From NCBI GenBank assembly GCA_903828805.1, contig CAIKNO010000330.1, positions 1,096 through 65,095 of the forward strand: 64,000 nucleotides of DNA. Reading direction: 5' to 3'. A program made the position numbers and the translations under genes. The notes beneath the pieces are model-generated. The model ran no database searches. It saw only the letters and a list, made by a program, of their open reading frames with translations, and was not told the origin of the DNA. How positions within the stretch are numbered: the first letter of the stretch is position 1; every line of letters begins with the position of its first letter. The DNA is from an uncultured Sandaracinus sp. (lineage in GTDB: Bacteria > Myxococcota_A > Polyangia > Polyangiales > Sandaracinaceae). Below are positions 19,224 through 27,525 of this stretch, in pieces.

Positions 19224-20738
19224 TCAGGCCGCGAGCAGGTCCTCGGCGAAGGTCCGCGCCAGCGCCATGATCGTGTGCTGCGGGTTCACCCCGAGGTTCG
19301 TCGGGATGACCGACGCGTCCGCGACGACGAGCCCCTCGTGGCCGTGCACCCGACCGTGAACGTCGGTCACCGACGACGCGGCATCCCGCCCCATCACGCA
19401 CCCGCCGAACAGGTGCGAGAGGATCGCGATGTACTTTCGCGGCTCCAGCGGCGCCTGCTCGAGCAGGCCGACCTCGTCCGGGCCGAGCTTGAACGGCATG
19501 CCCTGGATGCCGGGGACGATCGCCCGGGCGCCGGCCGCGAAGTGCTGCTTCGCGAGCAGGATCATCCCTTGCCGGAACCGCTCCATGTCCGGCCGGTCGA
19601 GCGTGTACCGCACGACGGGCCGGTCGCTCCACGGACCGTGCGAGATGGTCCCGACCGACTCTGCGCGCACGGCGTGGCACCACATCCCGACGTGGCGGAA
19701 CTCCGCGAGGCGCTTCATCAGCTCGATGCCGCCGCCGCTGAAGCGCGACGCCACGAGCTCCGGGGGGATCGCGAGGGTCTCGAGCTTCAGCCCGGGGCGC
19801 TCCCGGAACTGCGTGCTCGCCCACCCCTGCGTCGCGCCGGAGTTCATGTCGACGGGCTCGTCGTAGCAGCCGAACACGCCCGTGCCCGGGTGGGCCCGGA
19901 AGAACTTGCCGAGCGCCTTGTTCCGCACCCCGGAGCGCATCAGCAGCACCGGCGAGTGCGTGACCGACGCCGCGACGACGACCGCCTTCCTCGCCCGCAC
20001 GACGAACCCCGCCCCTGCTGCGCGGCTCGCCGGATTCACGAAGCGCCCGCGGACCCCGACGGCCCGGCGGCCCTCGAACATGATGCGCGACACCGGCGCG
20101 CACGACACGATGAGACCGCCGCGCGACATCGTCTCGGGGACGTAGTTCAGGTTCGTGCTCTGCTTGCGGAGCTTCTTGCAGCCCTGAAGGCATTGCCCCG
20201 AGCCCTCGCAGCCCTTCACGTAGCGACGCATGTAGTGGGAGTCCCACCCCAGCGCGTCCGCCCCGGCCTTGGCGAGCAGGTTGGAGCGACCGCGCGAAGG
20301 CGGCGCGGCCTCCTCGACGCAGAGCTCGCGCTCGAGGACGTCCTGATGGGCGAGCATGCGCGTGCGCAGCCCGGACAGCCCGTGGACGGACTCCCACTGC
20401 GCGAAGATATCGTCCGGCGTCCGGACGCAGATGGCGCTGTTGATGACGGTGGTGCCGCCCATCGTCCGGGCCTGCACGACGGGCCAGAACGCGCGGCCCA
20501 TCGTGACCTGCGAGCCCCAGTCGTCCATCAGGTCGCGCATCGAGCCGTACGCCGAGTTCGGGTAGTGCTCCGGGTCGCGCCACGCCCCCGCCTCGACGAT
20601 CGCCACGCGCGCGCCGCCCCGCGCGAGCGTGACCGCCGCGGCCGCCCCTCCCGCGCCGGAGCCGACGACGACGTAGTCCGCCTCGCCCTCGAAGGGCGCC
20701 TCGCCCGCCCCGCGGAACGCGACGTGGGTCCCGCTCAC
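19224..20738 (-). CDS. GMC family flavoprotein oxidoreductase
   Basis: VVVGSGAGG, GGTTVINS, HLFGGCVMG, VADASVIPTNLGVNPQHTIMALA; GTGA overlap with the upstream ORF. Confidence 0.92.
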   Translation of the reverse strand: MSGTHVAFRGAGEAPFEGEADYVVVGSGAGGAAAAVTLARGGARVAIVEAGAWRDPEHYPNSAYGSMRDLMDDWGSQVTMGRAFWPVVQARTMGGTTVINSAICVRTPDDIFAQWESVHGLSGLRTRMLAHQDVLERELCVEEAAPPSRGRSNLLAKAGADALGWDSHYMRRYVKGCEGSGQCLQGCKKLRKQSTNLNYVPETMSRGGLIVSCAPVSRIMFEGRRAVGVRGRFVNPASRAAGAGFVVRARKAVVVAASVTHSPVLLMRSGVRNKALGKFFRAHPGTGVFGCYDEPVDMNSGATQGWASTQFRERPGLKLETLAIPPELVASRFSGGGIELMKRLAEFRHVGMWCHAVRAESVGTISHGPWSDRPVVRYTLDRPDMERFRQGMILLAKQHFAAGARAIVPGIQGMPFKLGPDEVGLLEQAPLEPRKYIAILSHLFGGCVMGRDAASSVTDVHGRVHGHEGLVVADASVIPTNLGVNPQHTIMALARTFAEDLLAA

Positions 20739-21127
20739 GAGGTCCTCCAGGTCGTCGGATCGGCCTCGAGCGGTGCGAGCGCGAAGCGCTTGCGCACCTC
20801 GGGGTGTCCGCCCCAGCACAGTCCGGCCGCGAGCTTCACGATGAAGATGGCCTGACGCACGAGGTAGAGGTTGGTCGTCGTCACGCGGTAGGCGTGCTTG
20901 TCGCGCAGCGACGCCGGGAGCAAGAACGCCGGCAGGGGCACGAAGACCGTGATCATCGGCGTCAGGTGGAACACCACCGCGCCGAGCACGACCCCGAGCC
21001 AGAGCAGCGGGGTCGCGTCGGCACGGAAGCGCACGAGGAAGCCGTCGATGTCACAGTCCTCGGCGCCGGGCAGGTCCGCCGTCCGTGGATACATCGCGAC
21101 GATCGCAGACCGAACGAGCCAGTTCAC
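20735..21127 (-). CDS. Small hypothetical protein translationally coupled to the GMC oxidoreductase
   Basis: Coding-like segment VNWLVRSAIVAMYP...KLAAGLCWG; stop overlaps the GMC start. Start uncertain. Confidence 0.65.
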   Translation of the reverse strand: MNWLVRSAIVAMYPRTADLPGAEDCDIDGFLVRFRADATPLLWLGVVLGAVVFHLTPMITVFVPLPAFLLPASLRDKHAYRVTTTNLYLVRQAIFIVKLAAGLCWGGHPEVRKRFALAPLEADPTTWRTS

Positions 21128-21179
21128 GGACTCGATGATGGGGGTGTTCGCGCGGGCCGTCGAGCGGAACCTCGTGGGC

Positions 21180-23918
21180 TCATCCCGGGCAGCGGGCCTC
21201 GAACTGCGCGAACGTCTCGTCCGCGCGGGGCACGTCACAATCGGCCGCGGGCGCCGAAGGAGCCGGGGCGGCCACGGGCGCCGCCTCCGCGGGCGCGGCC
21301 CCTCCGGGCGGACAGCGCTGCTCGAACTGCTCGAACGACTCGTTGTCGCGGGGCACGTCACAGTCGGACGAGGGCGCCGCCGCGCCGCCACCCTGGGCAC
21401 CACCACCCGAGCAGCGGGCCTCGAACTGATCGAACGTCTCACCATCGCGCGGCACGTCGCAGTCGGCGCCGCCCTCGGCACCGCCCTCGCCTTCCGGCGC
21501 AGCCGCGGGCTCGGAGGGCGAATCCGCGCCGGCGCCCGGCGCATCGCCCTCGCGCGAGGGCTCGGCCATCGCGAGCGGCGTGTAGTCCGGGATGAGGCCC
21601 AGGGTGAGGCTCGGCACGTACGTGGTGATCATCAGCGCGGTCGCGAACACCCCGATGAACGGCAACACGACGCGGTAGAGGTCCGGCACCGGCCGTCCGA
21701 ACCGGAAGCCCGCGATGAACAGGTTCAGGCCCATCGGCGGCATCAGGTAGCCGATCTCGAGGTTCAGCAGGAACACGATGCCGAGGTGGTACGGGTCGAT
21801 GCCGAAGTGCAGCGCCATGCCCATGATCAGCGGCACGATCACGACGATCGCCGAGAAGATGTCCATCAACATCCCGACGATCAGCAGGAACACGTTGAGC
21901 GCGAGCAGGAACGCGATCTTCGAGTCGATGAAGCCGCCCGCGCTCTGCCCCTCGCGCGCGAGGGCATCGACCGCCTCGCGGCAGCTGCCGAGCACGTCCG
22001 AGTGCGCGGCGAGGTAGGCCTGGGCCGGCGGCCCGCAGGTCAGCGCCTCGAAGAGATGATCCGCGGTCTGCGCCTGCACGAAGTAGAACGTCAGCACGGT
22101 CGCCGCGCAGAGCTTCACGAAGATGGCGCCGACGAGCACCATCGAGTCCGGGATGATGCGGGGCACGTCGCGCAGCAGCGAGAGGTCGCGGTAGACGAAG
22201 ACCTCGACGACGAAGACGTACGCCGCGGTGAGCGACGCGGCGCCGAGGGGCCCCGCATAGCGGAGCCCGAGCAGCACGACGATCGGCAACGCCAGCTCCC
22301 ACTTCGCTTCCCAGAGCGCGGCCATGGCCTCGCGGGTGTCGAACGCGGAGCGCGGCACCTTCGACATCACGCCGATCACCATCGAGTAGGCGATCATCAG
22401 CACGATGACGAGCAGCCCAGGCAAGAGGCCCGCCCAGATCATCTTGTTGAGCTCGACCCGCTCGACGCCCGGCGGCATCTCCTGCAGGCCGGCGACGATG
22501 CCGTACACGATCAGCGGCAAGCACGGGAAGAACGTGATCCCCAGCGCGCCGCCGCTCGTCACGAGCCCGAGCGAGAAGCGCTCCGGGTAGCGGTCCTTGA
22601 GCAGCGCGGGGAAGAGCAGACCGCCGATCGCGACGATGGTGATGCCGCTCGCGCCCGAGAAGACGGTGAACCCGGCGGAGGCCAGCACGCACACGACCGC
22701 GAGCCCACCCGGGAGCGAGCCGAGCATGGCGCGCGCCACCCGCACGAGGCGCTGGGGCGTGCCGCTCTCGCTCATGAGGTAGCCCGCGAGCGTGAAGATC
22801 GGGATGGTCGGAAGCACGCTCATGCGCGCGAAGTGGTTGCCGAGCACGTCCTCCACGGCGCTCGCGAGCGGCGTCGAGGGCACGTCCGCCGAGCCGTGCA
22901 CCCAGAGGAAGAGGGCCATGCCCCCGAGGAACGTGAAGAGCGGCGCGCCCATCAGGGCCATCACCGCGAAGAACACGATGCCTGCGGCGATCGACACGTT
23001 CGCGATGTTCTGCACGCCGACGTAGGCCGCGCCGAGCAGGACCACCATCCCGGCGAGCGCGGTGACGGTGGGCATCGGTGCGGCGAGCGCGAACTCCTCC
23101 TCGGTCGGAACGGTCGCGGCGGCCGACCCGTGCGTGCGCATCCGGAGCGCGAGGGGAACGGCGAGCGTCAGCGCGGACAGCACGGCCCCCGCGAGCACCG
23201 GCAAGAAGGCCGTGCTCCCGGCCGAGAGCGCGACGGGAACCACCAGCACGGCGAGCGCGATCCCGATCTCCACCGGCCCGGCCTGCTCGAACGGAGCGAC
23301 GCGGAGCGCCTCGCCCGGCGCGGTCGGCGCGGGGGCCGTGCCCACCTTGATCGACCCGGCGCCGGCGGCCGCGAGCAGCTCGTGAAATCCGTGCAGCAGC
23401 AGGCGCACCGCGATGAGCGCGAACCCCGCGGGGATCATGAACTGGAACTGGTAGCCCCGGTCGACCCGGGCGCCCTCGATGCCCGAGCTGGACATCGACT
23501 CGATCTGAAGGTCGACGTTGTGCCCTTGCTCGACCAGCGCGGCGTACACGCCGTACGCGAGCGCGGCCGCCACCACGCTCCCGAGCGTGCTCGCCACCGC
23601 GACCACGACCCGCCGCGGTCGGTCCGGCAAGAGCCGTCCGAGCGCGTCGATGGCGAGGTGCTTGCGCCCGCGCGTCGCGAAGCTCGCGCCGAGGAACGCC
23701 GCCCACACGGTCCCGTTCATCAGCGCGTCGTCGACGGCCCGGGTCACGTCGTTCTGGATGGAGAACGCGGCACCGGCGGCGCCGAGTACCCCCATCGTGA
23801 TCATCACGAGCACGACCACCACCGAGAGCGAGCTCTCGGCCAGCAGCAGGCCGCGATCGACCAGATCGAGGGGCTTGAGGAAAGGAGCGGGTTTTGCGGA
23901 GGGTGCTGCGCCGGCCAT
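21180..23918 (-). CDS. TRAP transporter fused small+large permease (DctQ-DctM) with repeat-containing C-terminal tail
   Basis: DctQ-like FLGASFATRGRKHLAID; DctM-like IPIFTLAGYLM, FTVFSGASG, GIDPYHLGIVFLLNLEIGYLMPPMGLNLF. Confidence 0.92.
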   Translation of the reverse strand: MAGAAPSAKPAPFLKPLDLVDRGLLLAESSLSVVVVLVMITMGVLGAAGAAFSIQNDVTRAVDDALMNGTVWAAFLGASFATRGRKHLAIDALGRLLPDRPRRVVVAVASTLGSVVAAALAYGVYAALVEQGHNVDLQIESMSSSGIEGARVDRGYQFQFMIPAGFALIAVRLLLHGFHELLAAAGAGSIKVGTAPAPTAPGEALRVAPFEQAGPVEIGIALAVLVVPVALSAGSTAFLPVLAGAVLSALTLAVPLALRMRTHGSAAATVPTEEEFALAAPMPTVTALAGMVVLLGAAYVGVQNIANVSIAAGIVFFAVMALMGAPLFTFLGGMALFLWVHGSADVPSTPLASAVEDVLGNHFARMSVLPTIPIFTLAGYLMSESGTPQRLVRVARAMLGSLPGGLAVVCVLASAGFTVFSGASGITIVAIGGLLFPALLKDRYPERFSLGLVTSGGALGITFFPCLPLIVYGIVAGLQEMPPGVERVELNKMIWAGLLPGLLVIVLMIAYSMVIGVMSKVPRSAFDTREAMAALWEAKWELALPIVVLLGLRYAGPLGAASLTAAYVFVVEVFVYRDLSLLRDVPRIIPDSMVLVGAIFVKLCAATVLTFYFVQAQTADHLFEALTCGPPAQAYLAAHSDVLGSCREAVDALAREGQSAGGFIDSKIAFLLALNVFLLIVGMLMDIFSAIVVIVPLIMGMALHFGIDPYHLGIVFLLNLEIGYLMPPMGLNLFIAGFRFGRPVPDLYRVVLPFIGVFATALMITTYVPSLTLGLIPDYTPLAMAEPSREGDAPGAGADSPSEPAAAPEGEGGAEGGADCDVPRDGETFDQFEARCSGGGAQGGGAAAPSSDCDVPRDNESFEQFEQRCPPGGAAPAEAAPVAAPAPSAPAADCDVPRADETFAQFEARCPG
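21189..21464 (-). repeat. Three 18-aa DCDVPRxxE(T/S)FxQFExRC repeats (54 bp each)
   Basis: Units at 21411-21464, 21312-21365 and 21189-21242, separated by Gly/Ala/Pro linkers. Confidence 0.95.
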
Positions 23919-24006
23919 GGGGGTTCTCGCCTTGTACCGAAAAGACGAGGGCCGCCGCAATCTCCTCGACTGCGACGGCCCTCGGGGGGTGGAGCTGCGG
24001 AGAGGC

Positions 24007-25014
24007 TCAGCGACCGAACGCCGCCACGCGATCGATCAGCGCCTGGTCGGCGACCTGACCGGCGAGCCGACCGCGGATCTGACCGGCGATGCGCAGCCAC
24101 TCGGCGCGCTGGGCCTCGGTCACCGGCTCGACGGTCGCGCCGTGCTCGCCGATGGTGCGGAGGGCTTCCTGCTCGTCGCGGCGGAGATTCCGCCGTGCGA
24201 GCTGGTGGAACTGCGTCGCCGTCTCCTGGAGCACCGTCCGCTGCTCCTCGGTGAGCGACTCCCACTGCCGCTGCCCGATGACCGTGCCGCCGAGCACGAT
24301 GGTCAGCGGCATGTCGGTCATGTGGGTCAGGCGCGAGCACCACTGCAGCGCCAGGCACGGCACCGGCGGGGTGATGACCGTGTCCACGCGTCCGGTCTGG
24401 ATCGCGCCGAGCACCTCGGGCACCTGGAGCGGCACCGGGTTGCTGCGCACGACGTTGTAGAAGGTCGGGATGATCAGGTCGTCGCGCCACACCCACGGGT
24501 GGCGGGTGGCGAAGTCCGCGGGATTGACCGTGCGCTCGGTCGAGAAGATCCGCGACTGACCGACGTCGGCCCAGCCGAGCAGGTGGAAGCCGCCGCCCGT
24601 GAAGCCCTGGTCCATCTCCGACGCGAGCGCGTCGCGCGCGCGGTCGAGCTGGTCGTAGTTGCGCAGGATGCCCGGCATCTGAAACACGAGCGCGGGGCGG
24701 TGGATCTGCGAGAGACCCACGGCCGTGACCGAGCCGGCGTCGAGACGGCCGCCCCGGATCTTGCGGATGACCTCGGACTCGTCGCCCTGCACGCCGCCGC
24801 CGTAGATGCGGAACTGGAGGCCGCGCTCCGTCCGCCTCCGGACCTCGCGGTTCCACGCGTCGAACACGCGCATCCACGTCGAGCCGGGGGGCGCGAGGGT
24901 CGCGAGCGAGATGGTGCGGCCCGCCGCGTCCTGCGCGGTGGTCGGTGGCACGTGGACCGCGAACAGCGAGAACGCCGTCAGCAGCAGGAGCGCGAGCTTG
25001 TGAAAGGTCTTCAT
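24007..25014 (-). CDS. dctP: TRAP substrate-binding protein DctP (TPAT P-component type)
   Basis: Signal peptide; ATLAPPGSTW, YGGGVQGDESEVIRKIR, VPEVLGAIQTG. Confidence 0.9.
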   Translation of the reverse strand: MKTFHKLALLLLTAFSLFAVHVPPTTAQDAAGRTISLATLAPPGSTWMRVFDAWNREVRRRTERGLQFRIYGGGVQGDESEVIRKIRGGRLDAGSVTAVGLSQIHRPALVFQMPGILRNYDQLDRARDALASEMDQGFTGGGFHLLGWADVGQSRIFSTERTVNPADFATRHPWVWRDDLIIPTFYNVVRSNPVPLQVPEVLGAIQTGRVDTVITPPVPCLALQWCSRLTHMTDMPLTIVLGGTVIGQRQWESLTEEQRTVLQETATQFHQLARRNLRRDEQEALRTIGEHGATVEPVTEAQRAEWLRIAGQIRGRLAGQVADQALIDRVAAFGR

Positions 25015-25044
25015 GGGGATCTCACCTCGAGAGGAAACGAGCGG

Positions 25045-26064
25045 TCATTCGCTGGTGGCGGCCGCGGCGTCCGCGCCCTCGTCCGCCGGCGCGTCGTCCA
25101 CGGGGATGAACAGATCTTCGATCTGGTCGAGGTACCGACGGGCCCGTCGCTGCGCGAGCAGGTTCGGGATGCGCTGATCGGGGTGGCTGTCGACGTCGAA
25201 GGCGAGCACTTCCTCGAGCAGCGACTGGAACAGCGCGCGGTCCTGCAGCGGCACCGCGCAGAGCTGGGCCTCGGTCACGAGGTAGAGCAAGTTGCGGCGG
25301 CCCGTGGCCTCGATGACCTCGTCGAGCGCCACCTTCGCGTCGGCGGGACGCCCGCCGAGCGCCGGCGGAGCCGCGGCCATCAGCCCCGCACGGAGCGCGA
25401 CCGGTCCGCGGTCCATGTAGTTCGGATCGAGCTCGATGACGCGATCGGCGATCGCGCGGACGTACGCGACGTCGGCGATCGCGCTCATGTCGTCACGGTG
25501 CAGGCCGATGTAGCGCACCCAGTTGTACGCGGCCCAGAAGAGCAGGGGCGCCTGGTCCGACGCGTTGTCGAAGCGACGCAGATGCGCGGTGAACGCCTCG
25601 AGCCCTGCGCGCTGCGCGCCGGCGAAGCCACCGCCTTCGGGATGCGCGCGGTCGAGCTGATCGACCACGACCTCACGACCGCGCAGGTACGCGAGCGACG
25701 CCCGCTCGCGCCAGTGCTCGATCTGCTCCTCCGTCGCGTCGTCGCTGCGCTGCGCCACCTCGTAGTGATCCTCGAGGAAGCCGTAGCCGTAGCTCGCGTA
25801 CGAACGCGCCAGCATCGCGCGGGCGACGGCGTCGTCGGGCTTCACCTCGAGCAGGCCCTCGAGCTGCTGGATCGACGCCGGGAACGCGGCCTCGAGGATG
25901 TCGGGGTCGCGCATGCGCTGCACGCCGGGCGAGGCCCGCCGCATGACGCCGATGGTCGTGCCGGCGGCGAACGCCCCGGAGTCGCAGGCAACGAGGGGGG
26001 CCGCTGCGGGCAACGCGCCGAGGGCGAGCAGGATCCCGAGCATCTTCACAGGGCGGTGGGTCAT
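25045..26064 (-). CDS. TRAP transporter T-component (TatT-like lipoprotein)
   Basis: LVAC lipobox; DPDILEAAFPASIQQLEGLL, YASYGYGF, ELDPNY, PPALGG, NLLAQRRAR; directly upstream of dctP/dctQM. Confidence 0.85.
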   Translation of the reverse strand: MTHRPVKMLGILLALGALPAAAPLVACDSGAFAAGTTIGVMRRASPGVQRMRDPDILEAAFPASIQQLEGLLEVKPDDAVARAMLARSYASYGYGFLEDHYEVAQRSDDATEEQIEHWRERASLAYLRGREVVVDQLDRAHPEGGGFAGAQRAGLEAFTAHLRRFDNASDQAPLLFWAAYNWVRYIGLHRDDMSAIADVAYVRAIADRVIELDPNYMDRGPVALRAGLMAAAPPALGGRPADAKVALDEVIEATGRRNLLYLVTEAQLCAVPLQDRALFQSLLEEVLAFDVDSHPDQRIPNLLAQRRARRYLDQIEDLFIPVDDAPADEGADAAAATSE

Positions 26065-26351
26065 CGTCGTGGGGTCTCCGGTCGTCGGTCGTGGCGCGCC
26101 CGCGGCGGAGTGCCCGTGCCGACGCATGCTCCCGGTGGAGCATTCAATCGCGCGAACGAGGCAGCCCCGATGCGGGCGGGGAAGGCGCCAGGGTACAGGA
26201 AACAGCGTCCCCGTGAACGCCTGAACGAGGAAGCTCCGAGCGTCGCAGCGGCCGGGGCCAGCCCCCTCAGCCGCCCGCCCTCAGGACGCACGCCCGGCCG
26301 CAGGAGCTCCGGGCGCGCCGAGCGCGCGGCCGCCCCTCAGCCGCCGGCCCC

Positions 26352-27377
26352 TCAGCCGCCGGCCCCGTGCCACGGCACGTCGGCGCCTTCGGCCGGGAGA
26401 TCCTCGACCCGCACCATCGCGCCGCCGGTGGCGACGTAGAGATCGCGGCACCCGAGCGGCCCCGCGCCGAACTCGAGGCCCGCCGCGGCGTCGAGCCCGC
26501 CGACCACGTTGGTCCGGTTCGTCCCGTCGGCCTCGAAGCGCACCACGTCGCCCGCGCCATTGAGCGACACGTAGATCCGACCCTCGACGTCGAGGGCGAG
26601 CCCGTCCGCGGCGCCGACGCCCCGCACGAGCGTCTCGCGCGCCGTCTCCGCCCCGGCCGCGTCGAGCGTGAGCCGCACGATGGTACCCGCCTGGTAGCTC
26701 GCCACCAGCAGGTGCCCGTCGGCCTCGAACGCCACCCCGTTCGCGCCGAGAATCGGGCTCGACGTGACCTGCGTGGCGGTGCCAGAGGTGCCTTCGAGCG
26801 CCACGCGAAGCACCGCATCCCCGCCGAAATCGCTGAAATAGAGCGCGCCGTCGGGCCCCAGCGTGAGCCCGTTCGGCGCGCCTGCCCCGGAGACGAACAC
26901 CGTCGCGGCCGGCGTCGCTGCGCCGAGGTCGATCCGATGGATGGAACCGGTCGACGGCGAGCCCACGTACAAGGTCTCGTTGCGGGCATCGAGCGCGAGC
27001 CCCCAGACCGTCGAGGCGCCCGAGATCCTGACCCACCGAGGTTCCGGCGCGCCCCCGACGCGCAGACGTCCGACGCCGCCGGACTGCGAACAGTAGAGCG
27101 TGCCGTCCCGGCCGATCACGACCCCTTCGGTGCCCCGAATGGCCGCGACGTCCGGACGCTCCGCGCCACAGGCCGACGGGCCTGCGTCCGCCCCGGCATC
27201 GACGACGGCCGACGCATCCGCCGGCTCCGTCGAGGCGTCGACCGAGCCATCGGACGGGTCCCCCGGGCCCCCATCGGGGACCGGGACCGCACCGCCGTCG
27301 GCGACCGGCTCGGGGGTTGGACCGCCGCAGGCGGAGAGGGCGAGCAGACACGCGACGAACCGCAGGGAACGCTTCAT
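26352..27377 (-). CDS. SMP-30/gluconolactonase-like beta-propeller lipoprotein
   Basis: LSAC lipobox; repeated blades TEGVVIGRDG, PNGLTLGPDGALYFSD, ANGVAFEADG, ADGLALDVEGRIYV. Confidence 0.85.
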   Translation of the reverse strand: MKRSLRFVACLLALSACGGPTPEPVADGGAVPVPDGGPGDPSDGSVDASTEPADASAVVDAGADAGPSACGAERPDVAAIRGTEGVVIGRDGTLYCSQSGGVGRLRVGGAPEPRWVRISGASTVWGLALDARNETLYVGSPSTGSIHRIDLGAATPAATVFVSGAGAPNGLTLGPDGALYFSDFGGDAVLRVALEGTSGTATQVTSSPILGANGVAFEADGHLLVASYQAGTIVRLTLDAAGAETARETLVRGVGAADGLALDVEGRIYVSLNGAGDVVRFEADGTNRTNVVGGLDAAAGLEFGAGPLGCRDLYVATGGAMVRVEDLPAEGADVPWHGAGG

Positions 27378-27525
27378 GGCGGCAGAGTGTCTCACGGCGG
27401 GGCTCGCATGGCCCGCGGACCGAGCGGCCCGACGTCTCGGGCTGCACGGCGCCTTCCCGGGCGATCGGCCGTTCCTTGCAGACTCTTCGCCCATTCCGCT
27501 CGGACTCGCGTACGCTGGAGTTCAC

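Noticed and set aside
21189..21464. Repeat-spacer pattern as a CRISPR array
   Set aside because: Repeats are in frame inside a CDS, vary at synonymous sites and have unequal low-complexity spacers.
26261..26366. GCCCCTCAGCCGCCG duplications around the stop of the SMP-30 gene
   Set aside because: Local 15-bp slippage duplication; no adjacent transposase or integrase to make it a target-site duplication or att site.
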